DNA of 64,000 nucleotides from an uncultured Dehalococcoidales bacterium. GTDB taxonomy: Bacteria; Chloroflexota; Dehalococcoidia; Lucifugimonadales; Lucifugimonadaceae. Positions 21,523 to 31,729 of the stretch are shown in pieces; position 1 is the first letter of the stretch, and every line of letters starts with the position of its first letter. Position numbers and translations under genes: made by a program. Under the pieces are notes generated by a model. The model made no database searches. It saw nothing but the letters and a program-made list of their open reading frames with translations, and was not told where the DNA came from. The stretch covers positions 377-64,376 of the forward strand of contig CAWVYJ010000001.1 in assembly GCA_963934365.1 (NCBI GenBank), read 5' to 3'.

Positions 21523-22341
21523 CTAGTTTGCCACGACTTTACGTGGTGTGCCGGGTACGAGCGACTTGATATACGCACCAACTCGGTCGGCTGCGCCTGC
21601 CGGATCGCCATCTGATAGGGCATTGATCACCTGGCTGCCGATGACTGCTCCATCAGATATTTTTGCCACTTCTGCGACGTGATCTGCGTTAGAAATCCCG
21701 AATCCAATCGCAATTGGTAGATCAGTGAACTTTCGAACATTCAGGGCGAGACCTTCAACACGTGACGACATTTTCGCCCGTGCTCCTGTTACTCCGAGTA
21801 CTGAGATACAGTAAACGAATCCCTTGGCGCGCTTGCACGCGTATTCGATTGCGTGATCGGTAGATGTGATGGCAATGAGCGGTATTAACGAAATACCAGA
21901 TTGATCGCAAGCATCCTGAAGTGGTCCGGCCTCAGCCGCAGGTAGATCGGCGGCGATGATTCCATCCAGACCGACTTCGACTCCAGCTGTGCAGTACTCG
22001 TCGATTCCCATGTTGAGGATCGTGTTGTAGTAGCCCATGAATATGATAGGTACATCGATTCCGGCAGCACGAATTTCTTTGACAGCATTGAAACAAAATT
22101 CAGGAGTTGCCCCGTTTTGCAGAGCGCGATGTCCTGAGGCTTGAATTGTTGGGCCGTCGCCAAGCGGGTCGCTGAAAGGTACGCCTAGCTCTATTACATC
22201 TGATCCGGCGTCGACCAGGGATCGAACGATTTCAGTCGTTTGGCCCAACTCAGGGAATCCAACGGTGACATAAGGAACTAGGGCTATACGGCCTTCTGCT
22301 TTTGCCTTATCGAACGCTTCTCGAATTCTGTCGGTTGCCAT
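21523..22341 (-). CDS. trpA: Tryptophan synthase alpha chain
   Basis: ELGVPFSDPLGDGPTIQ, MGYYN, GVTGAR, GFGIS and DGAVIGS. Confidence 0.96.
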   Translation of the reverse strand: MATDRIREAFDKAKAEGRIALVPYVTVGFPELGQTTEIVRSLVDAGSDVIELGVPFSDPLGDGPTIQASGHRALQNGATPEFCFNAVKEIRAAGIDVPIIFMGYYNTILNMGIDEYCTAGVEVGLDGIIAADLPAAEAGPLQDACDQSGISLIPLIAITSTDHAIEYACKRAKGFVYCISVLGVTGARAKMSSRVEGLALNVRKFTDLPIAIGFGISNADHVAEVAKISDGAVIGSQVINALSDGDPAGAADRVGAYIKSLVPGTPRKVVAN

Positions 22342-22422
22342 GTGGCTGCGTAGTTCCTTATTTGATCGCATTATGATTCTGCGAGAGCGATAAACGGCTT
22401 GGGTACTTAATCGAGTTTACGA

Positions 22423-23364
22423 TTAACTGACCGTTACGTACTTTGCAATAAGTACTGCAACAGTATTGTGCATTCCGTGCGCAAACATTGCTGGCCAAAT
22501 CGAACCGGTTTTAATGTACACCCAGCCGAGCGCCAGTCCCAATGCGAAAGTCGGAACGATGGCACCTGGATCTATATGGAAGAGTCCAAATACTACCGAT
22601 GAGATTACCAACGCCCAAATCATTCCGAATTTTTTCATTAATCCGGGCAGTACAAAACCCCTAAAGAAAATCTCTTCAGCCATGGGGCCAATAATCCCCA
22701 CCAAAAAGATCGTGGCGACAATGCTTCCGTCAGCTTCGTCGAGAGCTTGCTTGGCAGTGTCTGGCGGGACTAGTACGTCGACACCGAACCAGACGAGGGC
22801 TTGTACCCATAACATCAATACGCTGAGCCCTACGATCCACATCGCGACCGCGAATATGTACGGTTTGAAGCCTGAAGTTTTGACGAATCCGAGTGACGAA
22901 AATGGTTCTCGGAACCGAACTATAGAGAAGGCAATTCCAGTTGCTGCAAAGACACCCGATGTCGCTGTGGCGGCGATGATACCAACAGGTACGCCGCCTA
23001 ATATCGCCGATCCGTCGCCAACATCGGTTGCTAGTAGATAGCTGAGAGCTGTGATGCCGAATCCGACTCCAAGCGCAGCAATCATCGGCCAGAGGGGGGA
23101 TTTGAAAATCCTGAGCAATATCAGAGCCAAGGCTGCAGACAGTATTCCAATGTAGTAGCCATCTGATGACCGGACATTTGTATCAAACCCGGCATCGGTT
23201 CCGACCGCTCCGCCGAGACTCATTATTGAAACGACCACGAGCATCGTTACGGTCGCAGCCACGACTACGTCCCACACGTCCCAACTGACGGTTGGAATCG
23301 TGATATTTCGCCACTGATAGTCAGATGTCGGCGACGGTGGTTCTGAGTTTGGAGGCTGATTCAA
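22423..23364 (-). CDS. CPBP (CAAX/Abi) family intramembrane glutamic endopeptidase
   Basis: EEIFFRG, FGLFH and HGMHN motifs; multiple TM segments. Confidence 0.88.
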   Translation of the reverse strand: MNQPPNSEPPSPTSDYQWRNITIPTVSWDVWDVVVAATVTMLVVVSIMSLGGAVGTDAGFDTNVRSSDGYYIGILSAALALILLRIFKSPLWPMIAALGVGFGITALSYLLATDVGDGSAILGGVPVGIIAATATSGVFAATGIAFSIVRFREPFSSLGFVKTSGFKPYIFAVAMWIVGLSVLMLWVQALVWFGVDVLVPPDTAKQALDEADGSIVATIFLVGIIGPMAEEIFFRGFVLPGLMKKFGMIWALVISSVVFGLFHIDPGAIVPTFALGLALGWVYIKTGSIWPAMFAHGMHNTVAVLIAKYVTVS

Positions 23365-23409
23365 GTTGAAGTGGTTATAAGAATGATTCGTTCTAATAGG
23401 AAGGCGGTG

Positions 23410-24078
23410 CTATGCCCATGTTACGTCGCCCGATAGCGTCGGGCTCAGTGGTTTCGATGCAAACACAGCGTACTCACGTTTTGAGTCGCCTATGGTGGTG
23501 AATTCACCGTGACCCGGAAGTACAATCGTGATTTCTGGAAGAACGAAGATGTGCGATTCCAATGAAGAGATTATGTGCTTTAGAGCTTCATGAGATTTTG
23601 ATCTCCCGGGACCGCCAGGGAATAGCGTGTCGCCGGTGAAGACGTGAGATGGCTCGCCAGATGTTAGTGATCGTTTCGATTCAAGCACGAAGCACGTCGA
23701 ACCTGGAGTGTGACCAGGCGTGTGGAGTGTCTTTAAGGCGATATCGCCAATGAGGATCGATTTGTTGGTTGCCACGTCGATTGTTACTTGTGCCGATGCA
23801 GGGAGCGACTGACGATCGCTGCATCCGATGCCTGTTGGGGCAGGGAGTGCTGCGACTACTTCTTCGTAGCCTTCGACGTGATCGCGGTGTCCGTGTGTAA
23901 TTAGGATCATTTCGACATTTGTGGCGCTCGCTGCCGATATTAATTCGTGAGGGTCTGCCGGAGTGTCAATAATCACTGAACTGCCCGTGCGTTCACAGGT
24001 GATTAGAAATGCGTTATTAGAAAATCCTGACACGAACCGGTCTATCGACCAAAATTTGCTGGTGAATACGTTGATCAT
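23410..24078 (-). CDS. Metallo-beta-lactamase fold hydrolase (glyoxalase II-like)
   Basis: THGHRDH, HTPGHTPG, TGDTLF and PGHG. Confidence 0.9.
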   Translation of the reverse strand: MINVFTSKFWSIDRFVSGFSNNAFLITCERTGSSVIIDTPADPHELISAASATNVEMILITHGHRDHVEGYEEVVAALPAPTGIGCSDRQSLPASAQVTIDVATNKSILIGDIALKTLHTPGHTPGSTCFVLESKRSLTSGEPSHVFTGDTLFPGGPGRSKSHEALKHIISSLESHIFVLPEITIVLPGHGEFTTIGDSKREYAVFASKPLSPTLSGDVTWA

Positions 24079-24121
24079 TTACTACGCAATGTCCTTGCTA
24101 GGTATTTCTACGAATCTGCCT

Positions 24122-24151
24122 AAAAAGAAACGGCGCACTAAGCGCCGTTTC
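24122..24151 (-). terminator. Intrinsic terminator of ftsH
   Basis: Minus strand GAAACGGCGC-ttagt-GCGCCGTTTC followed by TTTTT. Confidence 0.8.
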
Positions 24152-24182
24152 AATGTTTCTATTTACTTACGCAAGCTTTCTA

Positions 24183-26120
24183 TTAAGTAGCTTGTGGTTC
24201 TGGGTCGGAAACTCCGCCAAGTTCATCCTCAACCTGATCAGTTGAGGATGTCGGTTCGCTTGGTTGCAAAGGGTCATCAGTCGCCAATGGGCTTGCCAAT
24301 AGCGGGTCTTTACCATCAATGATCGCAACGAACTGTTCAGAGTCGATAGTCTCGTGTTCTAATAGGAATTGGGCGATGCCCTCAAGTTCATCGTCATGAT
24401 CGATGAGAAGGCTATTAGCGCGATCTTCACCTTCACGTAGAAGTCGGTTGATCTCATCATCGATGATGCTTTCAGTCTTAAGCGAGTAGTCTCGCTCTTC
24501 CGACATCTCACGACCAAGGAAAACTGCGCCACCCTGTCGTTTACCGAACGATCGTTTCGAGAGTTTATTGCTCATACCCAGTCGCATAATCATCTCACGA
24601 GCGATTGCGGTTGCCTGCTCGAAGTCGTTCGACGCACCAGTTGTTACATCGCCAACTTTGAGAACTTCGGCTGCTCGACCACCCATCGCAGATGCGATTT
24701 GGGCTTCGAGCTGCTCTTGCGAGGCGTATGACTTATCTTCCTGCTGCCAACGGGTGAATCCACCGGCTTGTCCTCGAGCAATGATCGAGATTTTTCCAAT
24801 TGGTGAACCACCTGGCATAAGGTGCGCTACAAGAGCGTGCCCTGCTTCGTGGTAAGCAGTGATCTTACGATCTTTTTCGCTGATGACCTTGCTCTTTCGA
24901 GCTGGTCCCATCGAAACACGGTCGATCGCTTCTGTCAGATTGTCGTAGTTGATGAGCTTCTGATTACCACGGGCTGCTAGTAGAGCGCCTTCGTTAATCA
25001 GGTTGGCAAGATCGGCACCAGAAAATCCCGGTGTTTGCTTTGCGATGTCAGCCAGATCAATACCCTTTTCAAAAGGCTTGCCTTTGGCGTGCACATCGAG
25101 AATCGCCGTGCGTCCACGTATGTCTGGATTGTCGAGCATTACTCGGCGGTCGAAACGGCCCGGTCGAAGTAGTGCAGGATCGAGAATATCTGGGCGGTTT
25201 GTTGCCGCTATAACGATAACGTTCGTCGTTGAATCGAACCCGTCCATTTCGACAAGCATCTGGTTCAGCGTCTGCTCACGTTCATCATGACCGCCACCTA
25301 CACCAGCGCCACGGTGTCGACCAACTGCGTCGATTTCGTCTACGAAGATGATGCAAGGAGCGTGGCGTCTAGCTTGCTCGAATAGGTCACGCACGCGAGA
25401 TGCACCGACACCGACGAACATTTCAACGAACTCAGAACCTGAGATAGAAAAGAACGGCACTCCAGCTTCGCCTGCTACTGCCCGAGCCACAAGCGTTTTA
25501 CCAGTTCCTGGGGGGCCCACTAGAAGAACTCCGGATGGAATTTTAGCGCCAAGGGCTTGGAATCGTTCAGGGAATTTGAGGAATTCGACAACTTCTTCGA
25601 GTTCTTCTTTAGCCTCTGGCACACCTGCAACGTCGAAGAATGTGACGGTTGCTTTGGTGCCGATAAACATTTTGGCTTTGCTCTTGCCAAAGCCCATCTG
25701 CTGGTTATTGCTGCCCTGTGCCTGTCGCATCATGAATAACAGAATTCCACCGAAAAGAATGAGTGGTAAGAACCCTATAAGGAGGCCGAAGATGCTGCCA
25801 AAGCCGCCGCCCTGATCGATTTTTAAAGAGTAGTTGGCACTAGGAACTTCAGCGGCACTCAAGAGCTCCGCAATGCTAGACCCGTCTTCTTTCATAGAAG
25901 TAAAGGTGGTCAATCCATCGGTGACAGTAAGCGAATCGCCCTTTACCTCGATATCAAGTTTCGAGGATCCGCTACTGGTTTTCGCCAACTCGACAACTTC
26001 GTTAATGCCGATTTCTTGTGAGCCACCAGTGGGCTGATCGACAAACATGAAGAAGATAGTGATCACTGCGATGATGATCACGAGGTAGACGAGACTATTC
26101 CTCATCCAACGGTTGCTCAT
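24183..26120 (-). CDS. ftsH: ATP-dependent zinc metalloprotease FtsH
   Basis: Two TM helices, [27 protein letters not shown] and HEAGH. Confidence 0.98.
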   Translation of the reverse strand: MSNRWMRNSLVYLVIIIAVITIFFMFVDQPTGGSQEIGINEVVELAKTSSGSSKLDIEVKGDSLTVTDGLTTFTSMKEDGSSIAELLSAAEVPSANYSLKIDQGGGFGSIFGLLIGFLPLILFGGILLFMMRQAQGSNNQQMGFGKSKAKMFIGTKATVTFFDVAGVPEAKEELEEVVEFLKFPERFQALGAKIPSGVLLVGPPGTGKTLVARAVAGEAGVPFFSISGSEFVEMFVGVGASRVRDLFEQARRHAPCIIFVDEIDAVGRHRGAGVGGGHDEREQTLNQMLVEMDGFDSTTNVIVIAATNRPDILDPALLRPGRFDRRVMLDNPDIRGRTAILDVHAKGKPFEKGIDLADIAKQTPGFSGADLANLINEGALLAARGNQKLINYDNLTEAIDRVSMGPARKSKVISEKDRKITAYHEAGHALVAHLMPGGSPIGKISIIARGQAGGFTRWQQEDKSYASQEQLEAQIASAMGGRAAEVLKVGDVTTGASNDFEQATAIAREMIMRLGMSNKLSKRSFGKRQGGAVFLGREMSEERDYSLKTESIIDDEINRLLREGEDRANSLLIDHDDELEGIAQFLLEHETIDSEQFVAIIDGKDPLLASPLATDDPLQPSEPTSSTDQVEDELGGVSDPEPQAT

Positions 26121-26366
26121 TTGTCCTGGCCGTCCTATCGATAACTACTAAGTCGGTGTTCTCTCATGGAGTTTGCTTACTCAATGTTTGGATTGGATGC
26201 AATTCCAACCTCAGTGATGCGACCGCTGTTTTCAAGACAATATTTGGAGTGCAATTTCTTGCAAAACTAACAGGTTTTAATCCTAGCATAGCGACGGTGT
26301 CACACAGCGTAAGCGTTATGCCGTAATACGTGTGGTAACCATGTAGAGATTTCTACTCATTTTGAA

Positions 26367-26395
26367 TTGAGTATCGGGCGCAAGATTGGTATATT
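26367..26395 (+). promoter_or_regulatory. Sigma70-type promoter of infC-rpmI-rplT
   Basis: TTGAGT-17 nt-TATATT with TGn extended -10. Confidence 0.55.
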
Positions 26396-26500
26396 GAAAG
26401 TTCGACCAATTGGACATTGGGAAGAATCCGCGCCGCCGAGCGGTTTTAAGGTGCGTATTTTGTTGGAAATAATCCGTTCAATGTCACAGGGAGCGCGAAC

Positions 26501-27118
26501 ATAGCAAAAGAATTTAGAGTGAATCGCCGAATTAGATCCGATGAGGTTCGAGTAATTCGTGGCGAAGATTCCTCGGTCTCGACAGTGATGAATATTCGTG
26601 ACGCACTGGAGATGGCAGAGGATGAAGGTCTAGATCTGGTTGAGGTTGGTCCTAACCAAAGCCCTCCTGTGTGCCGATTACTTGATTACGGTCGTTTCAA
26701 ATTTATACAAGGTAAAAAGCAACGAGAGGCTCGAAAAGTCTCCCGTAGTGCGAGCAAGCAAAAAGAAGTAAGACTCAGTCCTGTGATGTCGGATAACGAC
26801 ATCGAAACGAAGATAAAGATGACCAAGAACCTTCTTGGCGAAGGTGCGAAGGTCAGAGTCTTTGTTCGATTCCGAGGTAGGCAACGTGCTCACCCCGAAA
26901 TTGCGATGAAGGTGTTACGTAAGGTCGCTGAAGGTGTTGCGACTGTTGCAAAGCTGGAGAAACCGCCTGGAATGGAAGGTCGAGTGCTTAGCATTCTTCT
27001 AGCTCCATCGGCAGTGGCCAAAGAACGAGAGCGACAGGAAAAATCAACACCAGTTATGGCCGCCGCTAAGGCAGCAAAAAGCACCCCAACAGATGGGGCC
27101 GCCGCAGTAGAAGAATAG
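26501..27118 (+). CDS. infC: Translation initiation factor IF-3 with non-canonical ATA start
   Basis: N.RIR..EVRVI, LDLVEV, PPVCRLLDYG and KEVRL. The SD AGGGAG lies about 7 nt before the in-frame ATA at 26501, not before the GTG at 26519. Confidence 0.95.
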   Translation: MAKEFRVNRRIRSDEVRVIRGEDSSVSTVMNIRDALEMAEDEGLDLVEVGPNQSPPVCRLLDYGRFKFIQGKKQREARKVSRSASKQKEVRLSPVMSDNDIETKIKMTKNLLGEGAKVRVFVRFRGRQRAHPEIAMKVLRKVAEGVATVAKLEKPPGMEGRVLSILLAPSAVAKERERQEKSTPVMAAAKAAKSTPTDGAAAVEE

Positions 27119-27170
27119 GTTTAGGCGATAAACGCCTGAGCATAAGAATTGAGAACGGAAACTACCTGAT

Positions 27171-27374
27171 ATGCCGAAGATGAAGACCCATAAGGGCGCC
27201 AAGAAAAGGTTCCACATAAGTGGTACTGGCAAGGTGCTGCGGTCAAAGGGTCCAAAGAGTCACTTCCGCCGACGTAAAGCAAACCGAGTTAAGCGTTTGT
27301 TCGGTGGCAAGGTTGCTTTAGACTCGAAGACGTTCTCAAAGACAATCAAACAGGCGATTAGCGCGCTTCACTAG
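27171..27374 (+). CDS. rpmI: 50S ribosomal protein L35
   Basis: MPKMKTHKGAKKRF...GTGK; located between infC and rplT. Confidence 0.97.
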   Translation: MPKMKTHKGAKKRFHISGTGKVLRSKGPKSHFRRRKANRVKRLFGGKVALDSKTFSKTIKQAISALH

Positions 27375-27464
27375 GTGCTAACTGCTCAAATTACAAACCA
27401 TTATCTGAATTCATTGTTGGGGCTACATCGGATGCTCCGCAATTGATCGCCAAGGAGACTTACA

Positions 27465-27824
27465 TTGGCCAGGGTTAAAGCCGGTAAAACTACAAGACGA
27501 CGGCATAAAGCTGTCCTGAAAGCGACACGTGGACATCGAGCATCACGTAGTAATCGCTTCCGCGTCGCTCGAGAGTCACTGACTCACGCACAGGCATATT
27601 CAACGGCACACCGTCGCTTGAAGAAGCGCACGAACCGGTCATTGCAGATCGTTCGGATCAACGCTGCTGCACGTGCGCTTGGAATCAACTACGCAAGCTT
27701 GATTCACGGCATGACACTAGCTGGTATTGAGCTTGACCGAAAGTCACTAGCTGAACTAGCGATACGTGAGCCAAACGACTTCACTGAAATCGTAAAATTG
27801 GCTCAGGCAGCACTTCCTGACTAG
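27465..27824 (+). CDS. rplT: 50S ribosomal protein L20
   Basis: ARVK, RINAAAR, LDRKSLAELA. TTG start with AAGGAG RBS. Confidence 0.97.
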   Translation: MARVKAGKTTRRRHKAVLKATRGHRASRSNRFRVARESLTHAQAYSTAHRRLKKRTNRSLQIVRINAAARALGINYASLIHGMTLAGIELDRKSLAELAIREPNDFTEIVKLAQAALPD

Positions 27825-27893
27825 CCTTGTTCAAATGTCGGCGATTCTTTTTCGACGGAATCATCGCCATCTAAAACCGAAGACTGATATGAA

Positions 27894-27923
27894 CTACGAG
27901 GCGCACCTAAGTGCGCCTCGTAG
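27894..27923. terminator. Strong hairpin after rplT (probable terminator)
   Basis: CTACGAGGCGCAC-ctaa-GTGCGCCTCGTAG, a 13-bp perfect stem with a weak U-tract. Confidence 0.55.
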
Positions 27924-28545
27924 AATTTAACCAACCTTTCGATATAGGCCGTAGCCTGGGTACGGAATGACGCATTGTGTCCTGTACCGGGGGCATCCAA
28001 ACAGATTTTTCGCCACTTTAGATCTGGTCGAAGTTGGCGCCTGTCGCCCGAATGAACAACCGAGCATGCTACACAGGAACGACATTGTCGTTTTCACCGT
28101 GAATGATCAGAACAGGAATATCGGAGCGGGTTATCGAATGTTTGGGTGAAATTTTGTTGATGTCGATTCCGTAGATCGACCTCGCCATGAATTACATCCC
28201 GTGTAATTCGAGTCTAAACGGTGGTTTTATGCCGGTCATGGAATTTAGTGGGATCAACGACAAATCTGCGAATGAACTATCGGTAACGACCGCTCTGAAG
28301 TTGTTCAACTTCTATCCTGCCATCAGTGCGACTGTAACTCCTATCGAAATAGCCTAGAACCCAACTGCGGCTTCGATCTGCGCTCATACTGAACTGACGA
28401 GATAGTCGAAAGCCCGCTGTAGATTAAGGCTTTCGGAAAATCCAGACGATGAAATCGTTGCTGGAGTATCGCCTCGTCCTTTCATATCAAACATGAAGAT
28501 TACGAAGCCAAGCCTACTGGGTGCTTGTGCTATGGCTTGGGTTAA
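27905..28545 (-). pseudogene. Decayed alpha/beta hydrolase (YqkD/ABHD-like)
   Basis: One frame reads GFVIFMFDMKGRG...AFDYL...AISIG...AVVTDSSFADL...PVLIIHGENDNVVPV with six in-frame stops (28386, 28356, 28314, 28194, 28071, 28020), then frameshifts to GTGHNASF...YIERLVKFY. Confidence 0.85.
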
Positions 28546-28620
28546 CGAATGCTGCACTGGCTAGGCCGGTGTAGGGGCAGAAAACAGACAACTGTGTTCA
28601 GTTGGCGCTACGGGTCGGGA

Positions 28621-29520
28621 TTATGCGACTACCGAATCGACCATAACCAGAACGAAGAACAGAGCCAAGAACAGCAGCGAGTACTTGTATAGGTTTGTGG
28701 CGGCTGGGCGATCGGGCGCTTTTATGAGCTTGAAGGCGTACCACAAGAACGCTATACAGAGAGCAGCCGCAGCGATCATGTATATCCAGCTGAGTGAGGG
28801 AGAGACTACACCGAAAATAATAGTGAGTGCTGACAAAATCACGGAGTAGAGCATTATCTGAATTGTCGTGTGCTCGACTCCGCGAACGACCGGCAACATG
28901 GGGATGTCGGCTTTGGCGTAGTCGTCCTTAATCATGATCGCTAGAGCCCAGAAGTGCGGCGGAGTCCAGAAGAACACTATGATGAACATATACCAGGCTG
29001 CTAGGTCTATCGTTCCGGTCGCAGCTGCATATCCGACGAGAGGTGGTACTGCTCCAGCGGCTCCACCGAGAACAATGTTCTGGGTGGTCGTACGTTTGAG
29101 AATTACCGTGTACAGGCCGAAGTAGAGGATAGTACCCGCAATAGCGAGTGAAGCAGCAAGAACATTCGTCATTAGGGCCAGTAGCACAAAGGAAATAATG
29201 TTCAGAGTTATTCCATACATTACGGCAGTCAGGGCTGAAATTCTGCCTTCTGCAACAGGGCGGTTTTTCGTGCGACCCATCCGTCGGTCAAGGTCTCCTT
29301 CATATGCCATGTTCAGCGCTGCTGCTCCGCCAGAGGCGAGTGCTCCACCGATTAGAACTGCGACGATGACCTCAAGCGTTGGGGTTGATCCTGCACCTAA
29401 AAACGCACCGGCGATAGCCGATACCAGCAACAGCGACATGACGCGCGGCTTAGTAAGTGCGATGAAATCGCCCAACAAAGTCATCACAGATCCGCTTTGT
29501 ACTGTTTCGTTAGTGGTCAT
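28621..29520 (-). CDS. ctaB: Protoheme IX farnesyltransferase (heme O synthase)
   Basis: LTKPRV, DLDRRMGRTKNRP, LKRTT.QNIV.GG and FFWTPPHFWALA. Confidence 0.96.
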   Translation of the reverse strand: MTTNETVQSGSVMTLLGDFIALTKPRVMSLLLVSAIAGAFLGAGSTPTLEVIVAVLIGGALASGGAAALNMAYEGDLDRRMGRTKNRPVAEGRISALTAVMYGITLNIISFVLLALMTNVLAASLAIAGTILYFGLYTVILKRTTTQNIVLGGAAGAVPPLVGYAAATGTIDLAAWYMFIIVFFWTPPHFWALAIMIKDDYAKADIPMLPVVRGVEHTTIQIMLYSVILSALTIIFGVVSPSLSWIYMIAAAALCIAFLWYAFKLIKAPDRPAATNLYKYSLLFLALFFVLVMVDSVVA

Positions 29521-29544
29521 AAGAGAATGGTAGCTTGTGTGGCT

Positions 29545-30603
29545 TTATTTCGCTGAACTTTTTGAGACTTCAACTAGTTCTTTTCCCGGCACAGGCCGAA
29601 GCAGTAGTGCGACGATAAATACCATGTCGACCCAGACAAGGGTTGCAAGGCTGAGGTGACCGGATCGCGCCCATTCGGCGAATGTAGTCCACGGATTAGC
29701 TGCACCCATGAGCATCTGACTGAAAATTATGACTGCCGATGCCAGTGCTGCGAATCGTAGAGCTCCTGATATGTTCGGCAGCCGCCAAACTTTGTGCCCT
29801 GCTAGCAGAACTAAGATGATCGAAACGAATGATAGCAAGCGGTGAATCATGTGGATCCAAGCGACCGTTGATTGCGGGATATAATCCCCTCCGCAAAGCG
29901 GCCACGATGGGCAAACGGCACCGGCATCTTTCCAAACTGCGTAAGAACCCGAAAGTAGGGCGATCAGAGCAAATATTCCGGCGGTGGCGGAAAGTATTAG
30001 GGCGTTTCGATGATCGTCGCTGACTCTACCCCACATCCATTTTGACGTACCAATGATCGAATTGGGTCTGCCGTACGAAGCAGCAACGAGTGCCAGAATC
30101 GCCAAGAGTGCGACCATCTCAGCGAGGAACAGGTGAAGGGTGCGGATCGCAGGGTCAAGGTCGTTCAATACCACAAGACCGCCAATCATTCCGACGATGA
30201 AAATCAGCCCAAGTTCAACTGTTGCTAACCATGCGACTACTTTGCTGGCCCTGTGACGTACCCACACTCGAATTACAGCGGCGAGAATCACTAGACCAAG
30301 AATCGTGCCAACAGTTCTGTGGCTGTATTCGAGAATAACGTTGTGAACTCGTGGCGTTGTCCCGCCAGGTACGTCGTAGAGCCGGTCGATGGTTTCCTGG
30401 TCTAGTGGTGGGAATAACTGTCCGAAACAGGTTGGCCAGTCAGGGCAACCATCGCCTGAACCGGTGACCCGAACAACTCCACCGAGGGTTACCTGGAGCA
30501 CTACGCCAATGATCGTAATTGCCATCAGAGTAAGCAGCAATTTATCTTGCCAGATGGGAGATTTTTTCGGGTTTTCTTTGGTGTAGCGCTCAGACGAAAT
30601 CAT
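29545..30603 (-). CDS. ctaA: Heme A synthase (COX15/CtaA, class with two Cys pairs)
   Basis: GGVVRVTGSG.GCPDWPTC, EYSHR, CPSWPLC, HMIHR and a final H; adjacent to ctaB. Confidence 0.92.
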   Translation of the reverse strand: MISSERYTKENPKKSPIWQDKLLLTLMAITIIGVVLQVTLGGVVRVTGSGDGCPDWPTCFGQLFPPLDQETIDRLYDVPGGTTPRVHNVILEYSHRTVGTILGLVILAAVIRVWVRHRASKVVAWLATVELGLIFIVGMIGGLVVLNDLDPAIRTLHLFLAEMVALLAILALVAASYGRPNSIIGTSKWMWGRVSDDHRNALILSATAGIFALIALLSGSYAVWKDAGAVCPSWPLCGGDYIPQSTVAWIHMIHRLLSFVSIILVLLAGHKVWRLPNISGALRFAALASAVIIFSQMLMGAANPWTTFAEWARSGHLSLATLVWVDMVFIVALLLRPVPGKELVEVSKSSAK

Positions 30604-30774
30604 TTTTATCCAGTTTCAGGTTTGTGAATTGCGAGAAATCGTGCAGCCGTTGCTAGAAGCCAAATTTTGACTTTGACATTGAACGAAGTTAATTATCGCG
30701 CAGAAATCGACAAATCGGCAGTGAATTAGAGTGTGCTATTTCGAGTCACCAAGTTCATAAATCTGATGTGACGT

Positions 30775-31686
30775 CTAAATAGGGCGGTATGCGATGAGAG
30801 TGGCATTGACCAGTACTCGGTGGTCGTACACCCGTGGAGGCCAGCAGGTTACGAGGGTAATCTGTGCATCGTCGGTGTTACTCAAGTGAAGGTCGTTTTG
30901 ATGAATCTGGGTTGTACTAGTAACTCTGTATATGAATTCAGCGTCCGGCGTTTCTAGATACACGTCGACAGGGTCTTCCTTGATAAGTTCTGTGATCTCA
31001 GGCAGGTGTCGGAATATGTTTCCTTCACCTGCGGCGAAACTTTCTAGATGCGCGAAGAACCAGCCGTCTCCTTGCTGACCGGGGCGCGACGTTTCGGGAA
31101 TGTGTCCAACTGTGTTGTTTGGAGTTTCATACGATCGCTCGTCGCCAAGATCAATAATCTTTAGCTCGGACACAGTCGAATTTACATTGATTGCTGGGAT
31201 TCTGATGTGAGTAGCGTTTGACGTAGGATCGAAATCGCGGAAGAGATCAGTCGATAGTATCGGTACGAAATTGTCGGGAATCGACGGGCCGCCGAAGGGA
31301 TCAGTTCCGCCCCACTCTGGTTCTGACCAGTACTTAGGATTGAGAAGATTGCCCGGGTAGAGACTGGCGAACTGCGCTACATTAGGCGATTTTAGTTCGA
31401 GTGGTATCGGCTGTTCGTCATCGGCAATCAGATGGCTCTGGGGAACTTTAGCTTCTATGCCTAGATGGCTTTCGAGCGATTCATCGGGAATCGAGTAAAC
31501 GAACTCAGCAATATCGGAACCCGATCGTGACTGAGAGTATACGTACAGGCCCGACACTGCGATTAGTACGATTCCAAGTAAGGCAGTCGAGTAGGCTGCG
31601 ATCGTTGTAATCGTGATTTTAGGTTTTTTTGATGGTTGAGATTTCTGCCGTGCAATCGGATCGTCGTTTTGATTAGCCATGGTCAT
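30775..31686 (-). CDS. Sortase family protein
   Basis: N-terminal TM anchor, IRIPAI, GH.P.T..PG, catalytic H (FAHL), TLVTC and downstream R. Confidence 0.85.
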   Translation of the reverse strand: MTMANQNDDPIARQKSQPSKKPKITITTIAAYSTALLGIVLIAVSGLYVYSQSRSGSDIAEFVYSIPDESLESHLGIEAKVPQSHLIADDEQPIPLELKSPNVAQFASLYPGNLLNPKYWSEPEWGGTDPFGGPSIPDNFVPILSTDLFRDFDPTSNATHIRIPAINVNSTVSELKIIDLGDERSYETPNNTVGHIPETSRPGQQGDGWFFAHLESFAAGEGNIFRHLPEITELIKEDPVDVYLETPDAEFIYRVTSTTQIHQNDLHLSNTDDAQITLVTCWPPRVYDHRVLVNATLIAYRPI

Positions 31687-31729
31687 TCATGTACGACTCT
31701 TAGGTCGGTATGGATTTTATGGCTAAATG

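Noticed and set aside
24127-27923. Similar GGCGCAC(C)TAAG(T)GCGCC cores in the ftsH and rplT hairpins as a REP-like family
   Set aside because: Only two short copies with different flanks, each explained as a terminator-type hairpin.
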